64,000 nt of DNA, taken from positions 2,400,001-2,464,000 of the forward strand of contig CAVVPN010000003.1 of the NCBI GenBank assembly GCA_963750165.1. Reading direction: 5' to 3'. This DNA is from an uncultured Gemmataceae bacterium. Its GTDB lineage: Bacteria > Planctomycetota > Planctomycetia > Gemmatales > Gemmataceae. This document shows positions 16,911 to 26,905 of this stretch, piece after piece. The translations under genes and the position numbers were made by a program. The notes beneath the pieces were generated by a model. That model was not told the origin of the DNA, did not search any database, and worked only from the letters and a program-made list of their open reading frames with translations. Position 1 is the stretch's first letter, and each line of letters begins with the position of its first letter.

Positions 16911-17243
16911 ATGGCGAAGGAGCACCTGACATCGCTGCAGCTTGGTTTCAGTTTTCTGGGACTGCTGGCCTGGGGTCTCGCCACCTTCTTCGGCCTACGC
17001 GCGACCGTGGTGACGAAAACTTCTCCTGCTGCGGGGCATCCGGTGTTCATCGAGCAGCCCAACGTCGCAGCCGCAGGCGCGGCGGGCGGATTCGCCATCG
17101 CCGGCGGGCTCTGCTTCCTCGGCATCCCTCTGGCAAGACTGATGATCGGGAGTGGAGCATCGCCGAGTCAGCCTTTAGAGTTGACCGGGGCCGTCAGTCG
17201 CGGTTCCGAACAGTTCACGGCTACGAAGGGAAGCCCCGGATAA
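16911..17243 (+). CDS. Cassette 5: small two-TM membrane protein
   Basis: ATG 16911 after a G-rich RBS; two hydrophobic helices. Confidence 0.65.
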   Translation: MAKEHLTSLQLGFSFLGLLAWGLATFFGLRATVVTKTSPAAGHPVFIEQPNVAAAGAAGGFAIAGGLCFLGIPLARLMIGSGASPSQPLELTGAVSRGSEQFTATKGSPG

Positions 17244-17319
17244 AAGGCAATCAAAGGGACAGCAAAATCTCTTGACGATAACCAAAGGGGTCGGGAGTCG
17301 ACTGCAGATAAGAATCATC

Positions 17320-17418
17320 GCCGAACCAACGGATGAAGCTGACCGGGGCCGCCATCCTGGTTTCGCGCGGCATGAAGGTCTTGCAGGCGGCCCCGGCAGC
17401 TTATCCTTATCGTTCGGC
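17320..17418 (+). other. attC site 5
   Basis: GCCGAAC...ggatgaagctgaccggggccgcc / ggcggccccggcagcttatcc...GTTCGGC. Confidence 0.85.
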
Positions 17419-17476
17419 GGATCGACAAAAGGTCAGCGAAATCGTTTGGAACGGCTGCTGTTGAAGGAGGTGTTCG

Positions 17477-17962
17477 ATGCGCGTGCTGGCGATTCTATTA
17501 GCGACGTTGCTGCTATCCGTCCCGGTCGGGAGCGCGCAGGAAAAAGATGCTCCTCGCGGACAGCCTCCGCAGCTGTGGCTAGCGTCGGCCTCCGATCAGG
17601 AAGGGGCGGTCGTCATTCAGATCGCAAAGCAGGTGGAGCGAGGGGGTGTTGACGGCGCCCGCGGCTTAGGGCCGGGAGTGCAGTCCTTGCCGGCCACAAT
17701 GGTCATGAAGTGGAGTAACCTCAGGAAGGTGACACTCGGCAAGACGGTGCAAGCCTTCCGCGTCAATGGCGAACGTGCAGAAACGAAATCCGTGCTGAAG
17801 GCACTCGCCCAGCCGAAAGGCGTCGCGGTCTTTGTCCGAACCAACGAACGCGATCCGACAAGGCCCGACCGCTTCTACCTGGCACTGCTCCGCGAAGATA
17901 CTCTTGTGCTGGTGGTCAACGAGAAAGACATTTACCCCAATAAACCTGCGCCTCCACCGTAG
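17477..17962 (+). CDS. Cassette 6: hypothetical secreted protein
   Basis: AAGGAGG RBS; signal peptide; FYLALLREDTLVLVV C-terminus. Confidence 0.8.
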   Translation: MRVLAILLATLLLSVPVGSAQEKDAPRGQPPQLWLASASDQEGAVVIQIAKQVERGGVDGARGLGPGVQSLPATMVMKWSNLRKVTLGKTVQAFRVNGERAETKSVLKALAQPKGVAVFVRTNERDPTRPDRFYLALLREDTLVLVVNEKDIYPNKPAPPP

Positions 17963-18019
17963 CCAGCATGAGGACACCTGCGCGCCCGCAGGGCAGCACG
18001 GAGGATGGCATTGCTCAGC

Positions 18020-18116
18020 GCCGAACCAGCCGTTGCAGCAGACAGGGCGGGCAGCACGGCTTTCCGAGGTTCAACGTCTTTCCAGCCCGCCCTGCTGCTG
18101 AACTGGGTCGTTCGGC
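18020..18116 (+). other. attC site 6
   Basis: GCCGAAC...ttgcagcagacagggcgggc / gcccgccctgctgctgaa...GTTCGGC. Confidence 0.85.
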
Positions 18117-18131
18117 AGGGGAGGGAATCAA

Positions 18132-18425
18132 ATGGGTCCAGCTCCCCGCGAGATCGGTGGGGCGAAAGTGATTTGCTTCACGCCCATTGACGAACGGCAT
18201 CGCCCCACCGGAAACTGTAAGCAGATCGTTGCAGGGGTTCTCCGAGTGCCAGCCGCAGGTTTGGCCATCTGCCAATATCCTGGCGAGAACTGCTATTACT
18301 TGTTTGGCTGCAACGCCACTTGGGAAAGCATTACGGATACTTGGCATCAATCGCTCGAAGAAGCCAAGGAGCAGGCGGAGTTTGAATACAGGGGCGTTTC
18401 GGCAACTTGGCACGAGCATGGCTGA
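18132..18425 (+). CDS. Cassette 7: small conserved hypothetical protein
   Basis: LAICQYPGE..YYLFGC...W....DTWHQSLEEAKEQAEFEY motif; GGAGG RBS. Confidence 0.75.
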   Translation: MGPAPREIGGAKVICFTPIDERHRPTGNCKQIVAGVLRVPAAGLAICQYPGENCYYLFGCNATWESITDTWHQSLEEAKEQAEFEYRGVSATWHEHG

Positions 18426-18436
18426 TGTTACGCTAT

Positions 18437-18459
18437 GCCGAACCAAACGCTGCACCTGA
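18437..18459 (+). other. Truncated attC site 7 (left arm only)
   Basis: GCCGAACcaaacgctgcacctga followed directly by a REP arm; no GTTCGGC. Confidence 0.65.
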
Positions 18460-18525
18460 GGGAGGAAAAGGGAACGCGGACATTTTTCTTGACGGTGAAC
18501 CGGGGTCAGCCGTCGTCCGGTGGCG

Positions 18526-21500
18526 CTACACCGTCTGCACCAGTCGCGCCGAGAACAGGTGATCGATCCACAGCGAAGTCAACTTCTCCGCGGCGCTGTT
18601 CTGCCGCAGCCGCGTGTTCAGATTGCCGAAATCGACCGACTGCAACAGCTGGTCCTGATTGAAGCAGCTGAAGACGAACGACTCCGCCTTCGTCACGGGG
18701 TCCACGTGCCGCTGCAAACACTGGGCGCAGACCTCCTTCATCATGCACTGCATCGGCGAGTTGATGGAGCCGATGGCGGTCGGCTGTTCGGGGAAGCACG
18801 GCCGCAGCGGCCCGGCGAGCGCGTCCTTGACGGCGGCCATCATGCGGTCGGAGCCGATGGCGATGATGCGCTGGGCGGCGGCCAGCGGGATGGGCTGTTC
18901 GCCGAGCCGGTTCGTGGCGTACGCCTGCATGGCCTCGACGATGTTACCCTGCAAGGTGCGGTCCTGCGGCCGGGTGGGCGGGATGCACGGCCCCTTGTCG
19001 GTGCTCCAGACCACCACGTCACAGGCCTTTTCGATCTCGTGCCGCTTGAACAGGTCGCTGGCGGCCCGGTAGCCCGCGAAGTAAATCACGCGGTTGTGCT
19101 TCTCCTTCAGCGCCAGCGCGATCGAGAACAGCACGGCGTTGCCCAGGCCGCCGCCGGCCAGCACGACCGTCTGGTTTTCCGGGATCTCGGTCGGCGTGCC
19201 GGTTGGCCCCATCAGCACGATCTTTTCGCCCGGCTCCAGCAACGAGCACAGCCGGCTGCTGCCGCCCATCTCCAGCACGATCAGCGAAATCAGGCCGCGC
19301 TCGCGGTCCACCCACGCCCCGGTCAGGGCGATGCCCTCCATCGTCAGCCGAATGCCGTCCACCTCCTCCGCGTACGTCTCGTAGTTCTGCAAGCGGTAGA
19401 ACTCGCCGGGGTGGAAGTTGCGGGCGGCGAGCGGGGCGCGCACCACCACCTCGACGATCTGGTGCGTCAGCCGCAGCGCGTCCACCACTTCCGCGACGAG
19501 TTGCTGATCCAGCGATTCCGTGAACATGACGAAGTCGCGTTCGCGCTCCGGCTGGTCCTCGGGCCGCAGCCGGGCGACTTCGTGCTGAAAAACGCGGGCG
19601 ATTTCGTGGTGGCCGTCCTTGGCGGAGGCCATCGCCTTGACCACGTTGCCGGCGTAGTGCGGGTGATTGTCGCCGAAGAAGCTGACGTACCGGCCCTGCT
19701 GCGCGTAGGAGGTGAAGAAGCCGATTTCGCCCTTGCCCGCGGGCACGAGCCGGCCGCCGTCGCCGTCGGCCTCGAACCTGTGAGCCCGGTAATATTCGCC
19801 CCTGTCGTCGAGTTGAAACGTGCTGGGGTGTTCGCGGTTGTAGGTGGTGTTGGGATGCGTCCCCGCGGCGATCATCACGGCGCGGGCCGGCAGCGTCACG
19901 AACTCGCCGGACGACTTCCAGCGGCCGTCCGTGAGCGTCTGGTACTCGCAGCGGATGGCGGCCACCGCCCCGTAAGCGTCGGCGATGCACTCCACCGGGT
20001 TCAGCCGCTCGGCGAAACGGATGCCCTCTTCGAGCGACTTGATGACCTCCTCGTGGTTGAGGCGGTAGGCGGGCGAGTCCTGCAACCGCTTGCGGTACAC
20101 GATGGTCACGCCGCCCCAGGCCCGCACCAGGCGGTTGAAGTCCGGCGCCCGCCCGGCGGCCGCGGCGGCGGAGCGCTCGGCGCGGACAGCCCGGCCGTGC
20201 TTCAGCCACGTCTCGACGATCTCGCGCTCCTCCGGGTCCAGCCTGGCCCAGATCGCCGCCTCGCCGATCTTCGGCACCAGGCGGTCGTAGCGGTCCAGCG
20301 CCTTCTCCACCTGCACGACGTAATACGCCTGCATCTCGGTGGCGGTGTCGATGGCGGTCAGGCCGCCGCCGATCACGACCGCCGGCAGCCGCAGTTGCAG
20401 GTTCGCCAGGCTGTTCGCCTTGTAGGCACCGGTGGCCTGCAGCCCCATCAGGAAGTCGGACGCCAGGCGGACGCCGCGCAGCAGATTGTTCTTCATCTGC
20501 ACCAGCGTCGGCTTGCCGGCGCCGGCACAGATGGCCACGTGATCAAAGCCCAGCTGCCAGGCATCGTCGAGCGTCAGGGTGCCGCCGAAGCGAATGCCGT
20601 CGTACAGCCGAAACTTCTTGCGGCGCATCAGCAGCAGATAATTGATGTCGAGAAAATTCTTGTCCCAGCGCACGGTGATGCCGTACTCCGAGACGCCGCC
20701 GAAGCCGAGGATGGTGCGGCGGTCCAGCGGGCCGGTGATGTCGTTGATGTCCTTGATCGGCTGCGGCACCCGCCGCTTGGCCCCGCGCATGCGCACCGAC
20801 AACGGCTCCACGCGCAGGCCGTCAATGCCGACGACGCCGAAGCCCTCGTTGAGCAGGTGGTGCGCCAGCGTGTAGCCGGCAGGGCCCATGCCGACCACCA
20901 GAACGTTCTTGCCGTTGTACGGCAGGGGGACCGGCCGCCGCAGGTTGAGCGGGTTCCAGTGCGTCAGCAGCGAGTAAATTTCGAAGCCATAGGGCAGCCG
21001 CAGCACGTCCGACAGGATGTTGGTTTCGATCTGTGGGATGTTCACCGGCGTCTGCTTCTGATAGATGCATGCCTTCATGCAGTCATTGCAGATGCGGTGA
21101 CCGGTGCCGGCGCACAGCGGGTTGTCCACCATAATCATGGCCAGCGCTCCGATGCCGTGGCCCTCGCGCTTCAGCAGGTGTGCCTCGGAAATCTTCTCGT
21201 TCAGCGGGCAGCCTTCCAGCTCGATGCCCAGCGGATTCTTCTTGACCGGGCCGTCCTCGGCGCGCAGCCCCTTCGAGCACGAGTCCTTGTCGCGCGGGTG
21301 GCAGATGATGCAGTAGTGCATCTCGCGCAGCGCCTCGCGCGGAGCCATGCGCGGGTCGGTCAGGCCGAAGCCGTCGCGGTGCCGTCGCCCCTCCGCCGGG
21401 CCTTCAAAGAGCACGGGCAGTTCCGGGAAGTTGAATTCGCGCGCCACCAGGTTGTCGAAGTCCAGTTTTTCCGGGTGAACGAACGAGGCGAAGTGGCCGC

Positions 21501-22130
21501 GGCGGTGCTTCAGGTCGGGGTGGAAGGCGAGCGCCGCGCCCAGTGCAGGACGTCCTGCAAGCGGCGCTCATACTGGGCCGCGGCGTCGGCGTCGCCCTGG
21601 GCGCGCTCGGCGGCCTGGCGATCGAGCAGGTGCAGGGCGACCTCGGCCAGTTCGCGTTCAGGGTCGGTGGCCCATTCGCCGCGCGTCAGAACCTCCGCCA
21701 CCCGTTCGCGGTAGCGGAACTCCACGTCAGCGATGTTCATGGCCGTCAGCTCCGCCGTGGCCGGCGGCGCCTTCAGCACCAGGCGGTCCAGGAAGCGTTT
21801 CTTGAACTCGAACACCGTGCTGTCATCGGTGGTGCGGCGGTTCAGGTTGAAGACTTCCTTTTCGATGTGAAAGAGGCGGCCGATGAAGCGGTCCAGGTGG
21901 CGGGCCACGTCGATGAGCAGCGGCGTGTCTTCCGGGCCGGAACCGCTCTGTTCGTAGCGGCGGGCGAGGTCGGGGTCGGCGGCGCGCAGTTCGTCGCGGA
22001 ACACCTGGAGCAGGGACTGTAATCGGCGGACGCGGTTGAGGTCGGCGTAACGGAAGCCGTCGATGCCGAGCGGGAAATTCCACGCGGTCGCCGAGTTCCG
22101 CGAGGTGGAAGGCAGGTGCAAATTGTTCAT
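18526..22130 (-). CDS. Large FAD/Fe-S oxidoreductase: GltD-like domain fused to a C-terminal FNR/PyrK-like domain; frameshift near 21535
   Basis: YCIICH..DKDSC, GCPL, CNDCMKAC, VVGMGPAG, IGGGLTAIDT, GGGLGNA, PMQCMMKEVCAQC; ORFs 21510-22130 and 18526-21447 join with one added G. Confidence 0.85.
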
Positions 22131-22291
22131 GCGGGGTCCTGTAGGCGATACCGGGGGGTGTCGTCGGGGCCGCAGGAGGCCCTGAAGAATTATACCTCGC
22201 GGGCCAATGAATTAGGATGTGACTTTGACCGGCGGCGCTAGCCCGAGGACCACATCGGGCGCTGCGCTTTGGAAAACTCCTGGCCACCCAG

Positions 22292-22762
22292 TTAGCAGAT
22301 GATCACCGTAAGCGCCGCCCCCTGGGCCGCCGCGGTGTTGTACGCCTTTTGCAGTTCCTCAAAGGCCCAGTAAAAATGGTCGCGGTTTTCCTTGTGGCGC
22401 ACCCACCAGGGGTTCGCCTTGCGGAGCCAGTCCATCCACTTCCAGTTCGGCAGCGCGTTCAATGCCGCCGCGATCTTTTGCACCATTTCCGGGCTGACGT
22501 AGCCGAAATGCACCCCGTCCCCGTCCTCGTCGGACTGGTCCTCTTCCAGCATCAAATTCCGCAGGATGGGCCGCTCGGCGATGTCGCCCTGGATGGCGTA
22601 CTTCAACGGCTCCGGCTGCTCCCAGAAAACGGTGTGGAAGTTGAACCAGGTTTTCTCGATGCTGAAATGGGGCGTTTCCCCCCGGAAGGCGTATTCAGGG
22701 TCCGCCCGTTGGCGGGCGAACTCCTCCGCGGGCAGAACGCTGAGCGAACACCGGATGCCCAT
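22292..22762 (-). CDS. DUF1877/YfbM-family protein
   Basis: MGI start, SIEKTWFNFH, GYVSPEMVQKIAAAL, FEELQKAYNTAAAQG. Confidence 0.7.
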   Translation of the reverse strand: MGIRCSLSVLPAEEFARQRADPEYAFRGETPHFSIEKTWFNFHTVFWEQPEPLKYAIQGDIAERPILRNLMLEEDQSDEDGDGVHFGYVSPEMVQKIAAALNALPNWKWMDWLRKANPWWVRHKENRDHFYWAFEELQKAYNTAAAQGAALTVIIC

Positions 22763-22812
22763 TGCCGGCTCCTTGACCGAGGTTGCCCCTGGCTCCAAAT
22801 AGCCCCTGGCGT

Positions 22813-23835
22813 TCAGTCAACCCGGGCCAGTTCTACCTCAGCCCGCGTCAACCCGATGACCACCGGCCGCGCGTCCTCACCCGGCGGCAGCAGCACCGCC
22901 CCCAGCCCCGGGTTCGCCGCACACAATTCGCGCGCCGGCTCGACGCCGAGGATGAAGAACGCCGTCGCCAGCGCGTCCGCCAGCGCCGCCGTCGGCGCCA
23001 CCGCCGTGGCGCTCGCCAGCGCCTCCGCCGGCCAGCCGGTGCGCGGGTCGAGGATGTGGCCCAGCTTGCGGCCCTCGTGCTCCAGATGCTGGAACGTCGC
23101 CGCCGACGTGCCCAGCGCCCGGTCGCGCATGCGCAGCAAGCCCAGGTTCCGCTCAGGTTCCCACGGGTGCTTGACTGTCACCGCCCAGCCGCGCGGGTCG
23201 TTCGGCGGCGCCCCCAGCGCCAGCACACTGCTGCCGCCGCCGTGCAGCAGCGCCGAGCCGATCCGCCAGCGCGACCGCAGCAATTCCGCCGCCCGGTCCA
23301 GCGCGTAGCCCTTGCCGATACTGCCGAGGTTGATTTCCAGTCCGGGCCGCAGGAAGCGGACGCCGCGCCGCTCCGGGTCGAGTTCGACGTGGCGCATGCC
23401 GCAGCGCTCCAGCACCGCCGTGCGCTCCGCCGGCTTCGGCACCCGACCGCGGCGCTTGTAGAAGCCCCACGCCTTGACCAGCGCCCCGACCGACACGTCA
23501 AACGCCCCGTCGGTGACCTCGGTCAGCCGGGCGCACAACGTCAGCAGGTCGAACAACCGCGGCTCAACTGGCACCGGTGCCGTGGCGGCGAGGCGGTTGA
23601 GCCGGCTCAGTTCGCTCTGCTCGCGGTAGACGGTCAGCTGGCTTTCGAGGCGGTCGATCTCGTCGAGGGCGTCCTCGGCGGCGGCGAGGGCGGCGGGCGT
23701 GCCGCAGGGCAGCGCGATCTCGAACTGCGTGGCCATGGCGCGGCGGCTGCAGCGCAGCAGCGCCAGCGCCTCGGCCGGGGGCGGGTCGAGGGCGGCAGCA
23801 AAGTGGCGTGGGTCGAGGAAATCACGGCGGTGCAT
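22813..23835 (-). CDS. apbE: FAD:protein FMN transferase
   Basis: AMAT, TDGAFDVSVG, INLGSIGKGYALD, GTSA, HILDPRTG, ADALATA. Confidence 0.93.
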   Translation of the reverse strand: MHRRDFLDPRHFAAALDPPPAEALALLRCSRRAMATQFEIALPCGTPAALAAAEDALDEIDRLESQLTVYREQSELSRLNRLAATAPVPVEPRLFDLLTLCARLTEVTDGAFDVSVGALVKAWGFYKRRGRVPKPAERTAVLERCGMRHVELDPERRGVRFLRPGLEINLGSIGKGYALDRAAELLRSRWRIGSALLHGGGSSVLALGAPPNDPRGWAVTVKHPWEPERNLGLLRMRDRALGTSAATFQHLEHEGRKLGHILDPRTGWPAEALASATAVAPTAALADALATAFFILGVEPARELCAANPGLGAVLLPPGEDARPVVIGLTRAEVELARVD

Positions 23836-23847
23836 GAGTGTTCTGGG

Positions 23848-24447
23848 TTAAGTCGCAATGCTCATCAGATTCCCGATGATCTTGCCGACCTGGTGCAGGT
23901 GGTATTCGGGGCCGTCGATGGTCGCGGTCGTGCCTTCCAGACGTAAGAATCGCCAGATGTTCCCGGAGGTCACCGCTCCGTGGACGGTGATGCCGGCGGT
24001 GCCTTCCCGACGGGCGTTGAACAGCTGGGCGGCCACCATCGCCGCCACGCACTGGCCCAGGCCGCCGACGATGTCTTCCCGCTTGGCTTCTACCACCGCG
24101 ATCAATGGTTGGCTGACAAAAAAACGCTCGGGAGACCGTGACAGCAGAAAATCGCAGCCGCCGTTCAGGCCGCGCTCGCGGTCCACGTCCAGCGCCACTC
24201 CCGAAAACAAACTGAGACGATGTTCCGCCCGCCGCACCACTTCCATCAGGATGGGGGCAATGATCATTTCCGAGCGTGCCTTTTCAGTGTTCGTGGCGAG
24301 GGCGACAGGCGCCCACTCGGTCAGCGTTTGTTGCAGCAACGGTCCGGGCGGCACTTCGGGGGTGGCTGCGAACAGGTCCACGTCCTCGACCAGGGTAAGG
24401 CCGAAGCGGTCGCGGGCGGTCGGCAGGTCGAAGTCGCTGTACGCCAT
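23848..24447 (-). CDS. Hypothetical PD-(D/E)XK-fold protein
   Basis: EKARSEMIIAPIL, GGCDFLL, VVEAKRE...GLGQC.AAM.AAQ.FN, TSGNIWRFL. Confidence 0.75.
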   Translation of the reverse strand: MAYSDFDLPTARDRFGLTLVEDVDLFAATPEVPPGPLLQQTLTEWAPVALATNTEKARSEMIIAPILMEVVRRAEHRLSLFSGVALDVDRERGLNGGCDFLLSRSPERFFVSQPLIAVVEAKREDIVGGLGQCVAAMVAAQLFNARREGTAGITVHGAVTSGNIWRFLRLEGTTATIDGPEYHLHQVGKIIGNLMSIAT

Positions 24448-24461
24448 GATCGTTGCCCCGG

Positions 24462-24647
24462 TCACACCTCCGGGATGCCGAGGTCCCGGCAAATCTTTCG
24501 CGCCAGGAAATCATTGACCTCGCGGTGACGTGGCACTGCCGAGGTGCGGTTATTCGCCGGATGGAAGTACACGCTATGTTTGCCCTTGTCGCGCAGTAAC
24601 CGGCAGCCGTGCGCTTCCAGGTGGCGAATGAGGTCGTGGTGTTTCAT
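24462..24647 (-). CDS. hicA: HicA-family toxin
   Basis: MKHHDLIRHLEAHGC..LRDKGKHSVY...SAVPRHREV..FLARKICRDLGI. Confidence 0.85.
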   Translation of the reverse strand: MKHHDLIRHLEAHGCRLLRDKGKHSVYFHPANNRTSAVPRHREVNDFLARKICRDLGIPEV

Positions 24648-24719
24648 AGCGCCAGATTTTAACGCGAACCACGTCCGGGCGTGCACCAACTTCCCGGTGG
24701 CGAATGAGGTCGTGGTGTT

Positions 24720-24938
24720 TCATGGCGCCGACAGGACAAAGGGTTCGCGGGTCACGGCCTGGCCAGCCAGCGCCTGCTCCGCCAACTCACGGTTGGCCTC
24801 CAGCACCAACGCCACGGCCTCTCGCAAATTATCCTTCGCTTCTTCCAGCGTGTCGCCTTGCGTGTTGGCCCCCGGGATTTCTTCCACAAACGCAATGTAG
24901 CCCTCGGGCACCTGTAGATAGACCGCAGTAAACTGCAT
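24720..24938 (-). CDS. hicB: HicB-family antitoxin (short form)
   Basis: GYIAFVEEIPGANTQGDTLEEAKDNLREAVALVLE. Confidence 0.88.
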   Translation of the reverse strand: MQFTAVYLQVPEGYIAFVEEIPGANTQGDTLEEAKDNLREAVALVLEANRELAEQALAGQAVTREPFVLSAP

Positions 24939-25027
24939 CGGCAATCCCTCCAAACGCCATAGGGCCAGGAGACCCGCGCTGGCCGCCGGTTTCCTGGCCC
25001 TGTGTATTGTACCCGAACCGACTGGCG

Positions 25028-26161
25028 TCACTCGTTGCCATCGTGGATCATCGGCTCCAGCTCCTTGGTGTTGCGCTCGACAGCCAGCACGATGGTGCGT
25101 TCCTCAACGCCGTCGGCGGACGCGGCCACGGCGGGGATGATCTGCCGGCTGTCCGGCAGGCTGAAGCGCATCGTGAAGGTGCCGTCCGGCCGCAGCTTGA
25201 CCGGCTCGCCCTGCAGCGTGACGCGGGCGCTCGGCTCGGTGGCGCCGTAAACGATCAGCTCGGCGTCCAGCTGGAACCAGAACTTGCGCTGCCGGCCCGG
25301 CAGGAATGCACCGGAGCCGAAACTGGTCACCGCCGGCGAGCCCATCGGCCGCCGCAGCCGTTCCTCGAACAGCTGCTTCAGCTCCAGGCTGCTGGCGGTC
25401 GGGTCGAAGCCGCCGGACATGGCGTAAATGCGGTCAGCTTTCTTGGGGTCGATGTCGGACCAGTTCTCGTCAATGGCATCGCTGACGCCGGCCCGTGGCG
25501 TGGTCACGACGTTGGAGCGGGCCAGCACGTAGAACTGACCGTTGCGGGCCAGGTAGCCGATGTCCACCCGATACGACCGCGGCGGATTCTGCACGTCGAT
25601 GTACCAGTTGTTGCAGCCGCCGTGAATGTCGATGTCGCGCAGAACGGCCTCGGCGCTGCTGGTGGTGTCGTGGCTGCTAACGTCGAGCAGGCGCAGGATG
25701 GGCTTGGCGCCGTGCCAGTCCTGGCCGAGGGCGGCCTCGGCCCGCTGAATGGCCTGGCGGGTGAGTTCCCAGTAAGCGTGCAGCCAGTACGGATCGCGCA
25801 CCATGACGACGATGCGATCCTTGCCATAACCGGCGGGCAAATCGCGCGGCACCTTGGCGGACAGGTCGCGGGTGGGGACGCCGACGTCGAACTTGCTGCG
25901 CTCGACGATCTCCTCACCGGTGGCGGAGGTGTTGCGGGCGGCGGCAACTTGCGGCTTGGCGCGGGGCTTGACCGTGGCGACCCGGGCCGCCGGGTGGGTC
26001 TGACCATTCTTGCGTGCCCGAGAGCGGGCCGGCTTGCCGAGGGCCACCAGGGCGGCCACCAGTTCTTCCTTGCGCATGCCGTGCCAACCTGCGACGCCCC
26101 GGCGACGGGCCAGGGCGATCAGGTCTTTTTTGGAACAGCGCTGCAATTGGTCACTTTTCAT
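25028..26161 (-). CDS. DUF4912 domain protein with Rho-N-like N-terminus
   Basis: KDLIALARRRGVAGWHGMRKEELV; LPAGYGKDRIVVMVRDPYWLHAYWE; LDAELIVYGATEP. Confidence 0.88.
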   Translation of the reverse strand: MKSDQLQRCSKKDLIALARRRGVAGWHGMRKEELVAALVALGKPARSRARKNGQTHPAARVATVKPRAKPQVAAARNTSATGEEIVERSKFDVGVPTRDLSAKVPRDLPAGYGKDRIVVMVRDPYWLHAYWELTRQAIQRAEAALGQDWHGAKPILRLLDVSSHDTTSSAEAVLRDIDIHGGCNNWYIDVQNPPRSYRVDIGYLARNGQFYVLARSNVVTTPRAGVSDAIDENWSDIDPKKADRIYAMSGGFDPTASSLELKQLFEERLRRPMGSPAVTSFGSGAFLPGRQRKFWFQLDAELIVYGATEPSARVTLQGEPVKLRPDGTFTMRFSLPDSRQIIPAVAASADGVEERTIVLAVERNTKELEPMIHDGNE

Positions 26162-26905
26162 GCGGAACAACTCCGTCGAGCCTGCCGGCCAGGCGTCCGT
26201 GGGAACCGACCCTGTGCAATGTTTACGGAGACGTCCGTGCGACGAAAGACAGCCCCCGGAGAATCCCTTCCGGGAGGAGGAGCGTGAGCGCACCCGGGCG
26301 CGACTGACGATCCCATCGACAGCGAACCGGGCCGCCAACGGCATGCGAAACGGCTGGAGAGCCCAATCGCCTTGGACAGCGGCCACCTGGCAGGACAGCC
26401 GCCGGAGTGCAGGTTGGCAAGGCGACAAAAAAAGGCAACCCCCTGGTGCAAGAGGTGCCTGTCGGAATTATTCCTCTCGTCCGGTCAGGGACCACAACGC
26501 GGTTGGAGTCACGTGTACGTCTCTGGAGGTAACTGCTTGGGTTCTGGTTGCAGGCGGGTGGAAACCCCGGTCGCAGGGTAGCAACCTATTTCCTTCCTCC
26601 GTCGGATGATACAAACCTGCAAGGGCTACTGTCAACAATAAATTCATCGTTTCCGCCGCTTCCGCACGCAGTTTTCCGACCGCACCTTCGGCAAACATCA
26701 TTTTTTTTCATGCTGTTGCCGGGCTTGCCGAAACCATTTCTTCCGCAACTTGTTGATGAGTAAGGATTAATGATGGTCCGGTTGTGCCGGCTGACTTCGT
26801 GAATTTTTCCACGAACCGAATTGACTTTCGAGGCAGTATTTACACAATACCCCTTACGTGACCACGAAAACCGAACCAACATTCTCCGGCGCGTGGAGGG
26901 CGAGT

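Noticed and set aside
18520..21714. 1064-aa plus-strand ORF and other long antisense ORFs (e.g. 50903-54898, 39344-41260, 34113-35999)
   Set aside because: Shadow frames of real high-GC genes, with no motifs of their own.
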